Shown here: positions 48,853-58,227 of the stretch, piece after piece
How the letters are laid out: every line of letters begins with the position of its first letter
Position numbering within the stretch: position 1 is the stretch's first letter
DNA from: Rikenellaceae bacterium
GTDB taxonomy: Bacteria; Bacteroidota; Bacteroidia; Bacteroidales; Rikenellaceae
Assembly: GCA_015059735.1 (NCBI GenBank)
Contig: SUZX01000004.1
Location: forward strand, 34,844-98,843
Length of the DNA: 64,000 nucleotides
Direction of reading: 5' to 3'
Made by a program: the position numbers and the translations under genes
The notes under the pieces: generated by a model
Told to the model about the DNA's origin: nothing
Databases searched by the model: none
What the model saw: the letters and a program-made list of their open reading frames with translations, nothing else

Positions 48853-51800
48853 ATGACAAAAATGAGGAGACTTTTATTGGTGGTTGCTGTGCTGTTGGGA
48901 ACTTCGGTGGCGATGGCAGCCGAAGCCTTGTGGCTGCGTTATCCGGCTATCTCTCCCGATGGTCGGACTATTGCTTTTAATTACAAGGGCGACATTTATC
49001 TCGTTGCGGCCAAAGGAGGTAAGGCACGCTTGCTGGTATCGCACGAAGCTTATGATTATTCACCGATTTGGTCTCCTGATGGAAAGCAGATCGCCTTTGC
49101 TTCGGATCGTCACGGCAATTTCGATATCTTCACAATACCGGTGACTGGTGGTGAGCCTCGTCGTGTGACGACACACTCCAACGATGAAGAGCCGTGGGCA
49201 TTCTCTCCCGATGGCAAGCAGGTTTATTTTTCGGCCAACCTGCAAACCTCGGCTGCCAGCCGTGTTTATTCGAACAAATGGCGTAAATATCTGCGCGAAC
49301 TCTATGCCGTGCCGGTAGTCGGGGGTCGTCCGCGTCTAATCCTGCCTACTCCCGCCGAGGAGATCTCCTGCCTATCATCGGGTGACGGATTCCTTTATCA
49401 GGATCGCCCGGGGCATGAGGAGATCTGGCGCAAACACCACACATCGGCTGTTACGCGCGATATTTGGCTCTATCGTAGTGGTAAACATACAAAACTGACC
49501 ACTACCCCGTGCGAAGATCGTGTACCGCGTTTGAGTGCCGACGGCAAAACCGTCTATTTCCTGAGTGAGCGTGACGGCTCGTTCAATGTCTATTCGTTCC
49601 CATTCGATCAACCGGATAAGGTGACGTGCCATACTTCGCACAAACTTCATCCCGTACGCTCGTTGTCTGTCGCTCGCGATGAAACGCTTTGTTACAGCTA
49701 CGATGGCAGCCTTTATATCAAACGTAAGGGAGCCAAGCCGCAATGTGTGCAGATCTCCGTACCCGAAACGGCTGCACTGCCGATCATTAAGCAACGTGTA
49801 CGCCCGTCGGATGTGGCTACGGTTTCTCCCGATGGGAAACAGATGGTTTTTGCCCATCGCGGAGAACTTTACGTGACAACTACCGACGAGGAGACAACAA
49901 CGCGTCGTATTACCAATACGGTGGCCTCGGAGGCCGACCCTGTTTTTTCGCACGATGGTCGTACATTGGTCTATGCTTCGGAGCGTCAGGGCAAATGGAA
50001 TCTTTTCAGCATTACGCTCGGAAAAGATGATGCCAATTTCATGACTGCCGAGAAGTTGGAGGAGAAACCGCTCTTTGCCGACACAAATTTCGATCGTCGC
50101 ATGCCGCTCTTCTCGCCCGATGGCAAAGAACTCTCATTTATCGAGGAACGTAGCCGCCTAATGGTTCGAACATTGGCCACGGGAGCAGTTCGTCAAGTGA
50201 CCGATGGAGAGCATATCACGCAAACATGGGGAACCTATCCCTATTCGTGGTCGCCCGACGGTAAATGGTTTGTTCTTGAAGGCGATATTACGAAACACAA
50301 GGATAATATCCTGCTGGTCAAGGCTTCGGGACGTGAACCGATCATCAACCTCAGCCGTTCGGGGTATCCCGATTCAAACCCGATTTGGGCTCTTGGAGGC
50401 GATGCCATACTTTTCCTTTCGCAACGTTACGGAACTTACGACCACTCACGTCTCGGCGGCGGTTCGAAATCGCTCTTCATGTTCTGTCTCAATCGTGCAG
50501 CTTATGAACGCTATACCATTCCAGCCTCACGACACGATCAATTGAATATGGTCGCTCCTACGACCGGTGAAGTACGTCCCGTAACGATTGATCCGTTTGG
50601 TTTCAACGATCGTTTGGTACGTCTTACGCAAAAACCGGTTTCCAATCTGATTACCGATCGCAAAGGCGACTACGCTTATGGTATCTCCGGTAAAAAATTG
50701 GTGCGTATCAACCTGCGCAAAGCAAATGCTCCCATGAAAGTGCTAGGTTCAGCTTCGGGAAAATTGATTTGGGACGCTACCGAGAAAACAATCTTCGTAT
50801 TGGGCGGTAAACCACAACGTTACGATGTAGCTACCGGAAAATTTGCTCCGATTGCCGTTTCGGGCACCTATGAAATCGACCGTGCCGCCGAATACCTCTT
50901 CATGCATGATCACATCACCAACGAGATTCAGCAACGTTTCTACGACAAGAAGATGCACGGCTGCGATTGGCAGATGTACTGCAAGGCTTATCGCCGTTTT
51001 GTGCCGCACATTAACAACAACTACGATTTCGCAGAGTTGGCCAGCGAGTTGCTCGGCGAGTTGAATGTTTCACATACAGGTCTTGCCTATACTCGTCCGA
51101 CTCGCAAGTCGCATGATGCTACTGCCGAATTGGGCGTTTATATCGACCACAACTATACTGGTAAAGGTCTGAAAATCGAAGAGATCCTAACCGGAGGTCC
51201 GTTTGATCGTACCACATCACAATTGGCTGCCGGTGATATTATCGAGCAGATCGATGGCGTGACCTTGACTGCCGGCATGGACTACTATCCGTTGTTGAAT
51301 CACAAAGCCGGCAAATTGGTGCAGGTGGTAATTCGTAAGGCTTCGGGACAACGTGTTGAGGAAAATGTCTATCCGATTACTCGCGATGTTTATGACGAGT
51401 TGCTCTATCAGCGTTGGATGGCTCGTAATGCTGCCGATGTCGAACGTCTTTCGGGTGGTAAGTTGGGCTATGTCCACCTATTCCGAATGGATAAACACGG
51501 TTATCACCACCTTTATTTGAATACATTAGGCCGCTATTATAATTGCGAGGCGCTTGTCTTCGACGTACGTAATAATGCCGGAGGCTCGTTGCATCCCAAA
51601 ATTGAAGAGTTCTTCTGTGGTACGCAGTATCTGACCGGTGAAGTACGCGGAGTCTTGACGAAGACTATGCCGCGCCGTCGCTGGATTCGTCCTTCGGCCA
51701 TGCTGATCTGCCCGGGTTGTTACTCGGATGGCCACGGAGCTCCGTGGGTATATGACCACCTCGATTTGGGAACTACCGTCGGCACACCGATTCCGGGAAC

Positions 51801-52041
51801 GATGACCACTTGCAATCGCGAGAAGATGCGCGATCCGTCGTTGAAACTCGGAGTGCCCATTGTCGGTTTCTACACACAGAAGGGTAACTCTTTGGAGAAC
51901 TCGCAGACCGAGCCCGATGTATATGTCGAGAACGATAAAGAGGAGTTGGCTCGTGGTCGAGATCAACAACTTGAAGCGATAGTAAAACTGCTCCTCGAAC
52001 AGGTGAAGACTCACCCGAAACGTCCGTGGCCGCACAACTAA
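48853..52041 (+). CDS. Tricorn protease homolog (PD40 beta-propeller repeats + PDZ + S41 peptidase domain)
   Basis: The 1062-aa product has a signal peptide and at least 8 SPDG/SxDG propeller motifs (SPDGRTIAF, SPDGKQIAF, SPDGKQVYF, SADGKTVYF, SPDGKQMVF, SHDGRTLVY, SPDGKELSF, SPDGKWFVL). The C-terminus is S41-like (VFDVRNNAGG). Confidence 0.85.
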   Translation: MTKMRRLLLVVAVLLGTSVAMAAEALWLRYPAISPDGRTIAFNYKGDIYLVAAKGGKARLLVSHEAYDYSPIWSPDGKQIAFASDRHGNFDIFTIPVTGGEPRRVTTHSNDEEPWAFSPDGKQVYFSANLQTSAASRVYSNKWRKYLRELYAVPVVGGRPRLILPTPAEEISCLSSGDGFLYQDRPGHEEIWRKHHTSAVTRDIWLYRSGKHTKLTTTPCEDRVPRLSADGKTVYFLSERDGSFNVYSFPFDQPDKVTCHTSHKLHPVRSLSVARDETLCYSYDGSLYIKRKGAKPQCVQISVPETAALPIIKQRVRPSDVATVSPDGKQMVFAHRGELYVTTTDEETTTRRITNTVASEADPVFSHDGRTLVYASERQGKWNLFSITLGKDDANFMTAEKLEEKPLFADTNFDRRMPLFSPDGKELSFIEERSRLMVRTLATGAVRQVTDGEHITQTWGTYPYSWSPDGKWFVLEGDITKHKDNILLVKASGREPIINLSRSGYPDSNPIWALGGDAILFLSQRYGTYDHSRLGGGSKSLFMFCLNRAAYERYTIPASRHDQLNMVAPTTGEVRPVTIDPFGFNDRLVRLTQKPVSNLITDRKGDYAYGISGKKLVRINLRKANAPMKVLGSASGKLIWDATEKTIFVLGGKPQRYDVATGKFAPIAVSGTYEIDRAAEYLFMHDHITNEIQQRFYDKKMHGCDWQMYCKAYRRFVPHINNNYDFAELASELLGELNVSHTGLAYTRPTRKSHDATAELGVYIDHNYTGKGLKIEEILTGGPFDRTTSQLAAGDIIEQIDGVTLTAGMDYYPLLNHKAGKLVQVVIRKASGQRVEENVYPITRDVYDELLYQRWMARNAADVERLSGGKLGYVHLFRMDKHGYHHLYLNTLGRYYNCEALVFDVRNNAGGSLHPKIEEFFCGTQYLTGEVRGVLTKTMPRRRWIRPSAMLICPGCYSDGHGAPWVYDHLDLGTTVGTPIPGTMTTCNREKMRDPSLKLGVPIVGFYTQKGNSLENSQTEPDVYVENDKEELARGRDQQLEAIVKLLLEQVKTHPKRPWPHN

Positions 52042-52146
52042 CAAAATACCCGTCCAATCCGACTGCTGCATACCATCTCTTGCATATGCAGCGGTCGGAA
52101 GATATAAAATAGCCCCCTAATTAATTACAATTAATAAATTACATTT

Positions 52147-54720
52147 ATGAAAAAAGGTTTTATCACTTTGATAGTCGCGCTCTTTGCTTTCGTAGGAGCG
52201 ACGGCTCAACCTTCGTTCGGTACTTATGAGCATGATATTCACTACTTCATTCCGAAGTTTTTCCCGAATATCAAACAGGGCGGACAGGTGAACATTACCG
52301 CCAAATACAATGCGGCTGTTCCACAGCCTAAGGATGTATTGGGCTATGAACTCGGCGAATGGTATGCCGATTGGCGTACGGTAACCGATTATATGTATGC
52401 TTTGGAGCGTGCATCGGAGCGTGTCAAAATTCAGGTTGTGGATTATACCCACCAAAATCGCCCCATCATCCAAGTATTCATCTCCTCACCGCAGAATATC
52501 CGTAATTTGGAGGCAATTCGTGCCGAGCAACTCAAATTGAGCGATGCTGCCGTTTCGAAATCGGTGGACATCTCGAAGATGCCGGTGATCATTAGCCATA
52601 TCAACTCAATCCACGGTAATGAGCAATCGGCAGTCGGAGGATCGTTAGCTGTGGCTTACTTCTTTGCTGCTTCCGAAGATGCAACGGTTGCCAAAATCCT
52701 CGACCAGACCGTGATCCAAATCACACCGGGTATGAATCCCGACGGTATCAACCGTTTTGCAACCTATGCGAACTCTTACAGCAGTGTCGGTACACGACTT
52801 GCGGATGTCAACTCGATGGAGACCTCCAACCATGAGCCGTGGCCCGGTAGCCGTGGTAACCACTATTGGCACGATGCCAACCGAGATCTGATCCTCTGCC
52901 AACACCCCGAAGGTCGCGCTTATGCCAAGATGGCATGTGAGTGGATGCCCAACGTAATGTACGACAACCACGAGCAGTGGGGAGGTGCGGGTATGTATTA
53001 CAGCCCGGGCGACATGAAACGTCTGCACCCGTTGATTCCGGAAGCTGGACAAGATGTGGCTCGCAGCCTCGGCAAATATACGGCTGCCACACTCGATGCG
53101 GTGAATGAAAAGTACTTCTCGGAGAGAAAATACGACGACTTCTATCTCGGTCGTGGTGACGTTTATGGTGATATTCAAGGTATTGTCAATATTCTTCTCG
53201 AACAGATCAACTCGCGCGGATTCAATTTGCTTCGTAAAGGCACGACGGTTACCTATGCCCAAACCACTCGTAATATGGCTCATGTGTGCATCGCTTCGGT
53301 ATTTGCTGCTTGGCAGATGCGCGAGGAGTTGCACAACTACCAGCGCAACTTCTTCTTGACATCGGCAGAGCAGGCCAAGAACGATCCGATCAAGGGTTAC
53401 GTGTTCAACGCACGTGGCAATCGCGGTGTAGAGTATCGTTTCCTGCGTTTGATGAAAGATCAAGGTATCGATGTCTATAAGTTGGCCAAAACGACAAAGG
53501 CCGATGGCGTGACTTATGAGGCCGGTGCTGCATACGTTATTCCGATGGAGCAGCGTTACTATCTCAAATTCCGAGGTTTATGGGAGGACATGACCGAGTA
53601 CCGTGTGCAGAACTTCTATGATGTTACGACTTGGTCGCTCAAACGTGCTTTCAACTTGCAGAACGCTCCGGTGAAGAGTGTTGAGGGTTTGTTGGGTGAT
53701 AAGATCGGTGATCCAACCTTTATTGCCGGAACGGTGGTTGGCGGAAAGAGCGAGATCGGATACCTAATCGAGGCAAAAGAACTCTATTCGCACAATGTGA
53801 TCTCGGCATTGCTCAAAAATAAGGTAAAAGTCGATGTGGCTCACAAATCGTTCAAGATTGGAAAACTGGAGTATGGTTGCGGTACGGCTATTGTACGTCT
53901 TCAAGACCAAACGGTTGCAGCAGACCAGATCTATAAGATCCTGACCGATGCTGCCAAGATGAACGGTGTGGATGTTGTTGCTTTGGAAAAAGAGATGAAA
54001 CCTACCGATACAGAGCAAGTCAAACTGCCGAAAATTGCCCTGCTTACCGGTCGCGGTATGGCATCCCAAGAGGCCGGTCAGATCTGGCATATCCTCGACA
54101 AACAGTTCGGTCTTACTCCGGCTCGTATCGAATATACGCGTCTGAACCGTTTGAAGAATTTGAGCGTTTACAGCACCATCATCATTCCGGGCGGAACTTT
54201 CTCCGAGCCGATCAATCCTAAATTGTACAACCGTTTGAAGCGATTTGTTGAGTTGGGAGGTAATCTGATCGTTACAGGCGAAGGTTTCAAAACGGCACGC
54301 AGAATTGGGGTACTCGATGTTCGCCGTCATGCACTCAATGCAAAGGCTCCGGCTGCCGAGCGTAATTACGGTATCATCGTTAATACGAGCATCGATCACG
54401 AATCGCCACTCGGATGGGGTTACGAGAAGGGTGATAAGATTGCAATCTTCAAGAAAGGACGTACCTATGTCAATCTGAATGAGAGTAAGTTCACCTCTGC
54501 TCCGTTGAATTATACCGATTCGCCCTATTTGTCGGGTTGCATCTCACAAGCCAACCTCGATATGATGGCAGGAGGTCCGGCCGTTATCGCGAACAATGCA
54601 GGTAAGGGTACAGTTATATTCTTTGTTGACAACCCGAACTTCCGCTCTTATTGGTACGGTGCAACGAAACTCTTTATGAATGCCATCTATTTTGGCTCGT
54701 GCTTTAACCGCGCCGAATAG
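52147..54720 (+). CDS. M14 family zinc carboxypeptidase with a large C-terminal extension
   Basis: The 857-aa product has a signal peptide and an HGNE zinc motif (INSIHGNEQS). Confidence 0.8.
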   Translation: MKKGFITLIVALFAFVGATAQPSFGTYEHDIHYFIPKFFPNIKQGGQVNITAKYNAAVPQPKDVLGYELGEWYADWRTVTDYMYALERASERVKIQVVDYTHQNRPIIQVFISSPQNIRNLEAIRAEQLKLSDAAVSKSVDISKMPVIISHINSIHGNEQSAVGGSLAVAYFFAASEDATVAKILDQTVIQITPGMNPDGINRFATYANSYSSVGTRLADVNSMETSNHEPWPGSRGNHYWHDANRDLILCQHPEGRAYAKMACEWMPNVMYDNHEQWGGAGMYYSPGDMKRLHPLIPEAGQDVARSLGKYTAATLDAVNEKYFSERKYDDFYLGRGDVYGDIQGIVNILLEQINSRGFNLLRKGTTVTYAQTTRNMAHVCIASVFAAWQMREELHNYQRNFFLTSAEQAKNDPIKGYVFNARGNRGVEYRFLRLMKDQGIDVYKLAKTTKADGVTYEAGAAYVIPMEQRYYLKFRGLWEDMTEYRVQNFYDVTTWSLKRAFNLQNAPVKSVEGLLGDKIGDPTFIAGTVVGGKSEIGYLIEAKELYSHNVISALLKNKVKVDVAHKSFKIGKLEYGCGTAIVRLQDQTVAADQIYKILTDAAKMNGVDVVALEKEMKPTDTEQVKLPKIALLTGRGMASQEAGQIWHILDKQFGLTPARIEYTRLNRLKNLSVYSTIIIPGGTFSEPINPKLYNRLKRFVELGGNLIVTGEGFKTARRIGVLDVRRHALNAKAPAAERNYGIIVNTSIDHESPLGWGYEKGDKIAIFKKGRTYVNLNESKFTSAPLNYTDSPYLSGCISQANLDMMAGGPAVIANNAGKGTVIFFVDNPNFRSYWYGATKLFMNAIYFGSCFNRAE

Positions 54721-54742
54721 TCTTGGTACTTGATTATAACGA

Positions 54743-54773
54743 ATTGGCCTCCCGAAAAGGAGGCCAATTTTTA
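54743..54773 (+). terminator. Rho-independent terminator of the M14 gene
   Basis: A 10-bp stem (attggcctcc/ggaggccaat) is followed by TTTTT. Confidence 0.8.
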
Positions 54774-54876
54774 TCTTCCGAAATAACTTCGATGAAAATT
54801 ATATTGCATAAGAATTGAAAACGTAATGACGACAAATGGGGCGATATCCGGTAAAACCGTAATAGACCTATAAAAT

Positions 54877-54916
54877 ATCCCCTCCAAATATATCTTGGAG
54901 GGGATGTTTTGTTATT
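54877..54916. terminator. Terminator hairpin downstream of the 556-aa lipoprotein gene (possibly bidirectional)
   Basis: An 11-bp stem (atcccctccaa/ttggaggggat) has T-rich flanks on both strands. Confidence 0.65.
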
Positions 54917-54926
54917 TAGACAACAC

Positions 54927-56597
54927 TTAATTCCATACCGGAAGCGCAGGTCCTCCCCAACTGCCGGTGTTGAGACGAATACAATCGTAATCGGGATTGG
55001 TCTCTTCGTTTAGGGGCATGAAACAGTAATAACCTCCGCCACTGCTGGGATTAGCCGTGCTGTGATAGAAGTCGATCAGCACCGGATTGGGTTTCTCAGC
55101 CGTACCGAACAACCATTCGAAAAACTCTTTGGTCACAGGGCCGGTATGTTCCCCGTTCATGATCCATTGAGCCGCCTCAATCATGCGCACATTGGTAACC
55201 GACGGAAAGTTTTCGGGCATATAAACCATGTCGGTAAAGGTCGCAATGCTGGTAGTATGATTGAGCGATGCTTTCCAACCAAAACGAGCCCGATAATATT
55301 GGTTGTTGAGATCGGTCACCTCAGTTGGTGTGAAATCCCATTGTAGTACCATTAAACTATCAGCACCACGTACTCCCATAATAAATACCATTTGTCCGTT
55401 GCTACCGCTCTTTTCGAAACGATAGTTGTCAGCGGCAAAAGCCTCGGTAAAGCGGGTCATAAAATCGCGCTGTGTAGGAGTGACGGTCGTCATCGAGGGA
55501 TAACAATTGATATACCGTTTGCGGTTTGCACTAAGGAAATTAAACGAGTCGTTCCAAAGATCCCAATCGGTGCGTGTGGAATAACTACGCTCTTTGCCAT
55601 AGAATGTTTTTCCACTCGACGTAGTTACATAGGGCAGGAAATAGTAGGTGGTTGCCGTTTCCATGCCGGTAAAACAGATGTCGTAAGATCCAACCGTTGT
55701 GATACGCTTATCCACTCGTTTGTTGACTCCTGCGGCTTGGGGATCGATATTCTGCGTTTTGGACCATAATATACCGGCCTCGGCAATGGTAGCGTTGTCG
55801 CCCAACTCGTTGATTGCCATATTCAGCGAAAGATGATAACAACCGATACGAATCAACGACCCTACCGTGCTTGGGCCTGAGATTCCTACAAGTTCTTGTG
55901 TGCGAATACTCTTTGCAGGGCTGATGATGCGTCCGTCAGCTTGGGTTTCAAGATATACCCATACATAATAATCGGTGTCAGGAGTCAATCCGTTGGCTTC
56001 CATGATCATTGTGCCTTGTACGGGGCTCGGAGCCGGAACCATTTGAGCCTCGGGGGCTGTCGGATTGTTTGTCGGGCTGACAATCACGCCACATTCAGTG
56101 ATGGGATTCGAACTATCGGACGCAACGTATCCATTTACTGTAATGGTACGGGCTTTTGCCGATACCGTATTGAAGTTGATCGATGTCTGTTGGTAGAAAT
56201 CGGTCAAGAAACTCACCTCGTTGGGCGAATAGTAGGTATTCCCCTCCTCGGTAGTGGCATAAGCACGTACATAATAGGTAGTAAGCGACTCTAAGTTGGT
56301 GAGGGTCTTGGCAAGTACGGTCACATCCTCCTCTATCGAGACGCAGGTGTCTGTTATGGTCGGCATCCCCGAAGTATTGTAACAGAAACCTCTGTCCACA
56401 ATATTATGTCCCCCCTTTTTGATGTTCGAAGTAACATTCACTGTATATTTAGATACGCTGGCCGATTCGATCCGCTCCACAACCGGATCGGAGAGTAGGT
56501 TTTTGACATCGACGGTATCGTCGTCGCTGCATCCTCCACTGGCGAGCAGGACAAGAGCCGCAGCGAGGAGTGACATTTTATTGATGATATGTTTCAT
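54927..56597 (-). CDS. Lipoprotein with tandem Ig/FN3-like N-terminal modules, function unknown
   Basis: The product has the signal MSLLAAALVLLASGGC and repeated TTYYVRAY / DYYVWVY / TTYYFLPY strand motifs. It begins 20 nt downstream of the serine hydrolase gene, so the two are probably co-transcribed. Confidence 0.55.
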   Translation of the reverse strand: MKHIINKMSLLAAALVLLASGGCSDDDTVDVKNLLSDPVVERIESASVSKYTVNVTSNIKKGGHNIVDRGFCYNTSGMPTITDTCVSIEEDVTVLAKTLTNLESLTTYYVRAYATTEEGNTYYSPNEVSFLTDFYQQTSINFNTVSAKARTITVNGYVASDSSNPITECGVIVSPTNNPTAPEAQMVPAPSPVQGTMIMEANGLTPDTDYYVWVYLETQADGRIISPAKSIRTQELVGISGPSTVGSLIRIGCYHLSLNMAINELGDNATIAEAGILWSKTQNIDPQAAGVNKRVDKRITTVGSYDICFTGMETATTYYFLPYVTTSSGKTFYGKERSYSTRTDWDLWNDSFNFLSANRKRYINCYPSMTTVTPTQRDFMTRFTEAFAADNYRFEKSGSNGQMVFIMGVRGADSLMVLQWDFTPTEVTDLNNQYYRARFGWKASLNHTTSIATFTDMVYMPENFPSVTNVRMIEAAQWIMNGEHTGPVTKEFFEWLFGTAEKPNPVLIDFYHSTANPSSGGGYYCFMPLNEETNPDYDCIRLNTGSWGGPALPVWN

Positions 56598-56616
56598 TGC
56601 GATTGTGATTTACGGG

Positions 56617-57789
56617 TTAAAACTCTGTTCCGGTATAGTTGGGCATAAACAAATCTACCAAGTCCGGATGGATGTTAGCACCGTTGGCGCTATTGGTAAA
56701 ATAAACAAAGTAGGTCTTCAATTTGGGGAATATCCAAAAACGACATCTGAAATTGAAGTTGCTGCCACTATGTACATATACAGGGCCACACTCTTGTCCT
56801 GCGTTGGGGTTGATGCGTATTCCCAATCCAAAATAACGACCCTCTGCTTCGAGGTAACTTTGGGGACGGAACATCTCTTGGTGAATCTCACGCGAAAGTC
56901 CTTTTCCCTCCATGAGTGCCTCGATGAAGAGCGAGAAGTCTTTCACATTGGTACGCATAGAGTAAGCAGCATTCGCCTGCATACTCGAAGCCTGACCGCT
57001 TCTGACCAAATCGGCACTATAACCGTAGGCGGCAAGTTGGGCATACTCGGGCTGCCATGCGTAGCTGGTGCTGGTCATACCCAGCGGCACAAAACACTCT
57101 TGTTGGGCCAGAGCCTCCAAGCCCATACCGGTAATGTGCTCTACGACACGTTGGAGATACCAGATACCCTCACCAGAATAGTTATAGCTGAGTCCGGGTT
57201 GCTCTTTGAAGACGAGTTTCTCGGTATTGGGACCTCCATTAGCAGCCCAATTAGGGAGGGCCGTGCGGTGAGTAAGCACGATACGAGCTGTAAGCATCTT
57301 GGCATACTCGACATTCTTCGCATTCTTTTCGGAATCATTGGAAACATTTTGGAATCGATCCTCGACATATCCCAAGTACTCCCAAAGGGGTTTATCCAAA
57401 TCGATGATGCCCCGATCGATCAATCGCATGACGCAATAGGCGAAGACCACCTTGCTGACCGAGCAGGCTTGGTAAACAGTTGAGCAATCCTCCGTTGCGG
57501 TGACAAAATCAAATTGTGCCGACTCAAACGCAAAATAACGTTCGGGCGTTTTGTAAGCCAATTGAACCAACGGTACATTGCTGTTGAGCGCGATGCCGCA
57601 GACGCGTCCTTTATACCAATCTTTCGATGGCAGCCCTGGGACATCTTCGGGAAGTGTCGGCTCTTCGGCCGGAGGAGTGGGGACTACTACGGGCTCCTCT
57701 TTTAGTTCAGGAGAGTCATCATCGCACCCAATCATTGTTATCGTAGCAACGATAACAAGCAGACATTGCAAAAATGAAAGAAGTTTCAT
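56617..57789 (-). CDS. Serine hydrolase, beta-lactamase/PBP4-like family, lipoprotein
   Basis: The product has the signal MKLLSFLQCLLVIVATITMIGC and an SxxK motif in YQACSVSKVVF. Confidence 0.75.
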   Translation of the reverse strand: MKLLSFLQCLLVIVATITMIGCDDDSPELKEEPVVVPTPPAEEPTLPEDVPGLPSKDWYKGRVCGIALNSNVPLVQLAYKTPERYFAFESAQFDFVTATEDCSTVYQACSVSKVVFAYCVMRLIDRGIIDLDKPLWEYLGYVEDRFQNVSNDSEKNAKNVEYAKMLTARIVLTHRTALPNWAANGGPNTEKLVFKEQPGLSYNYSGEGIWYLQRVVEHITGMGLEALAQQECFVPLGMTSTSYAWQPEYAQLAAYGYSADLVRSGQASSMQANAAYSMRTNVKDFSLFIEALMEGKGLSREIHQEMFRPQSYLEAEGRYFGLGIRINPNAGQECGPVYVHSGSNFNFRCRFWIFPKLKTYFVYFTNSANGANIHPDLVDLFMPNYTGTEF

Positions 57790-57846
57790 CTTAACAGATA
57801 TTAATATGGTTAGAAATAAGTAATATAATTATACACAATTATAATT

Positions 57847-57855
57847 CCCCCCCCC
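57847..57855. repeat. Homopolymer tract C9 (G9 on the minus strand)
   Basis: The tract is counted directly. It lies 58-66 nt upstream of the minus-strand ATG at 57789. Confidence 0.95.
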
Positions 57856-58004
57856 TACTACTTTTTGCGGAAAAAACCCTTTCTAAGGGCATTTTCGTGT
57901 TTTTTTTGCTCCATATTTTAGCTGTTTAACGAGACTTTTAGTCGTTTCATCGTTGGTTTCTGTCATTTCGCCCTGAAGTTAGATTTTCCTGAAAAGGAAT
58001 CAAT

Positions 58005-58012
58005 TACCTTTG
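58005..58012 (+). promoter_or_regulatory. Candidate -7 box (TACCTTTG) giving a ~210-nt leader for the 646-aa gene
   Basis: This is only a TAnnTTTG match, with no convincing -33 element. Confidence 0.25.
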
Positions 58013-58227
58013 CAACACCTCAACAAATATACAAAAACAACACAAATGTGTGATTTCACGCTTTTAACCTTAATATTCAGTATTGCGATTGCGCCCCATC
58101 TCCAAATTCCACGCATCAGACAGAAACCATACACTTTCTGTGGCAGACTTCGGAGATTTACAGGTTGTACAAATATATAACCCCCAAAGACAAAACTCTA
58201 ACTTACATATAACCATACCAACTTTTT

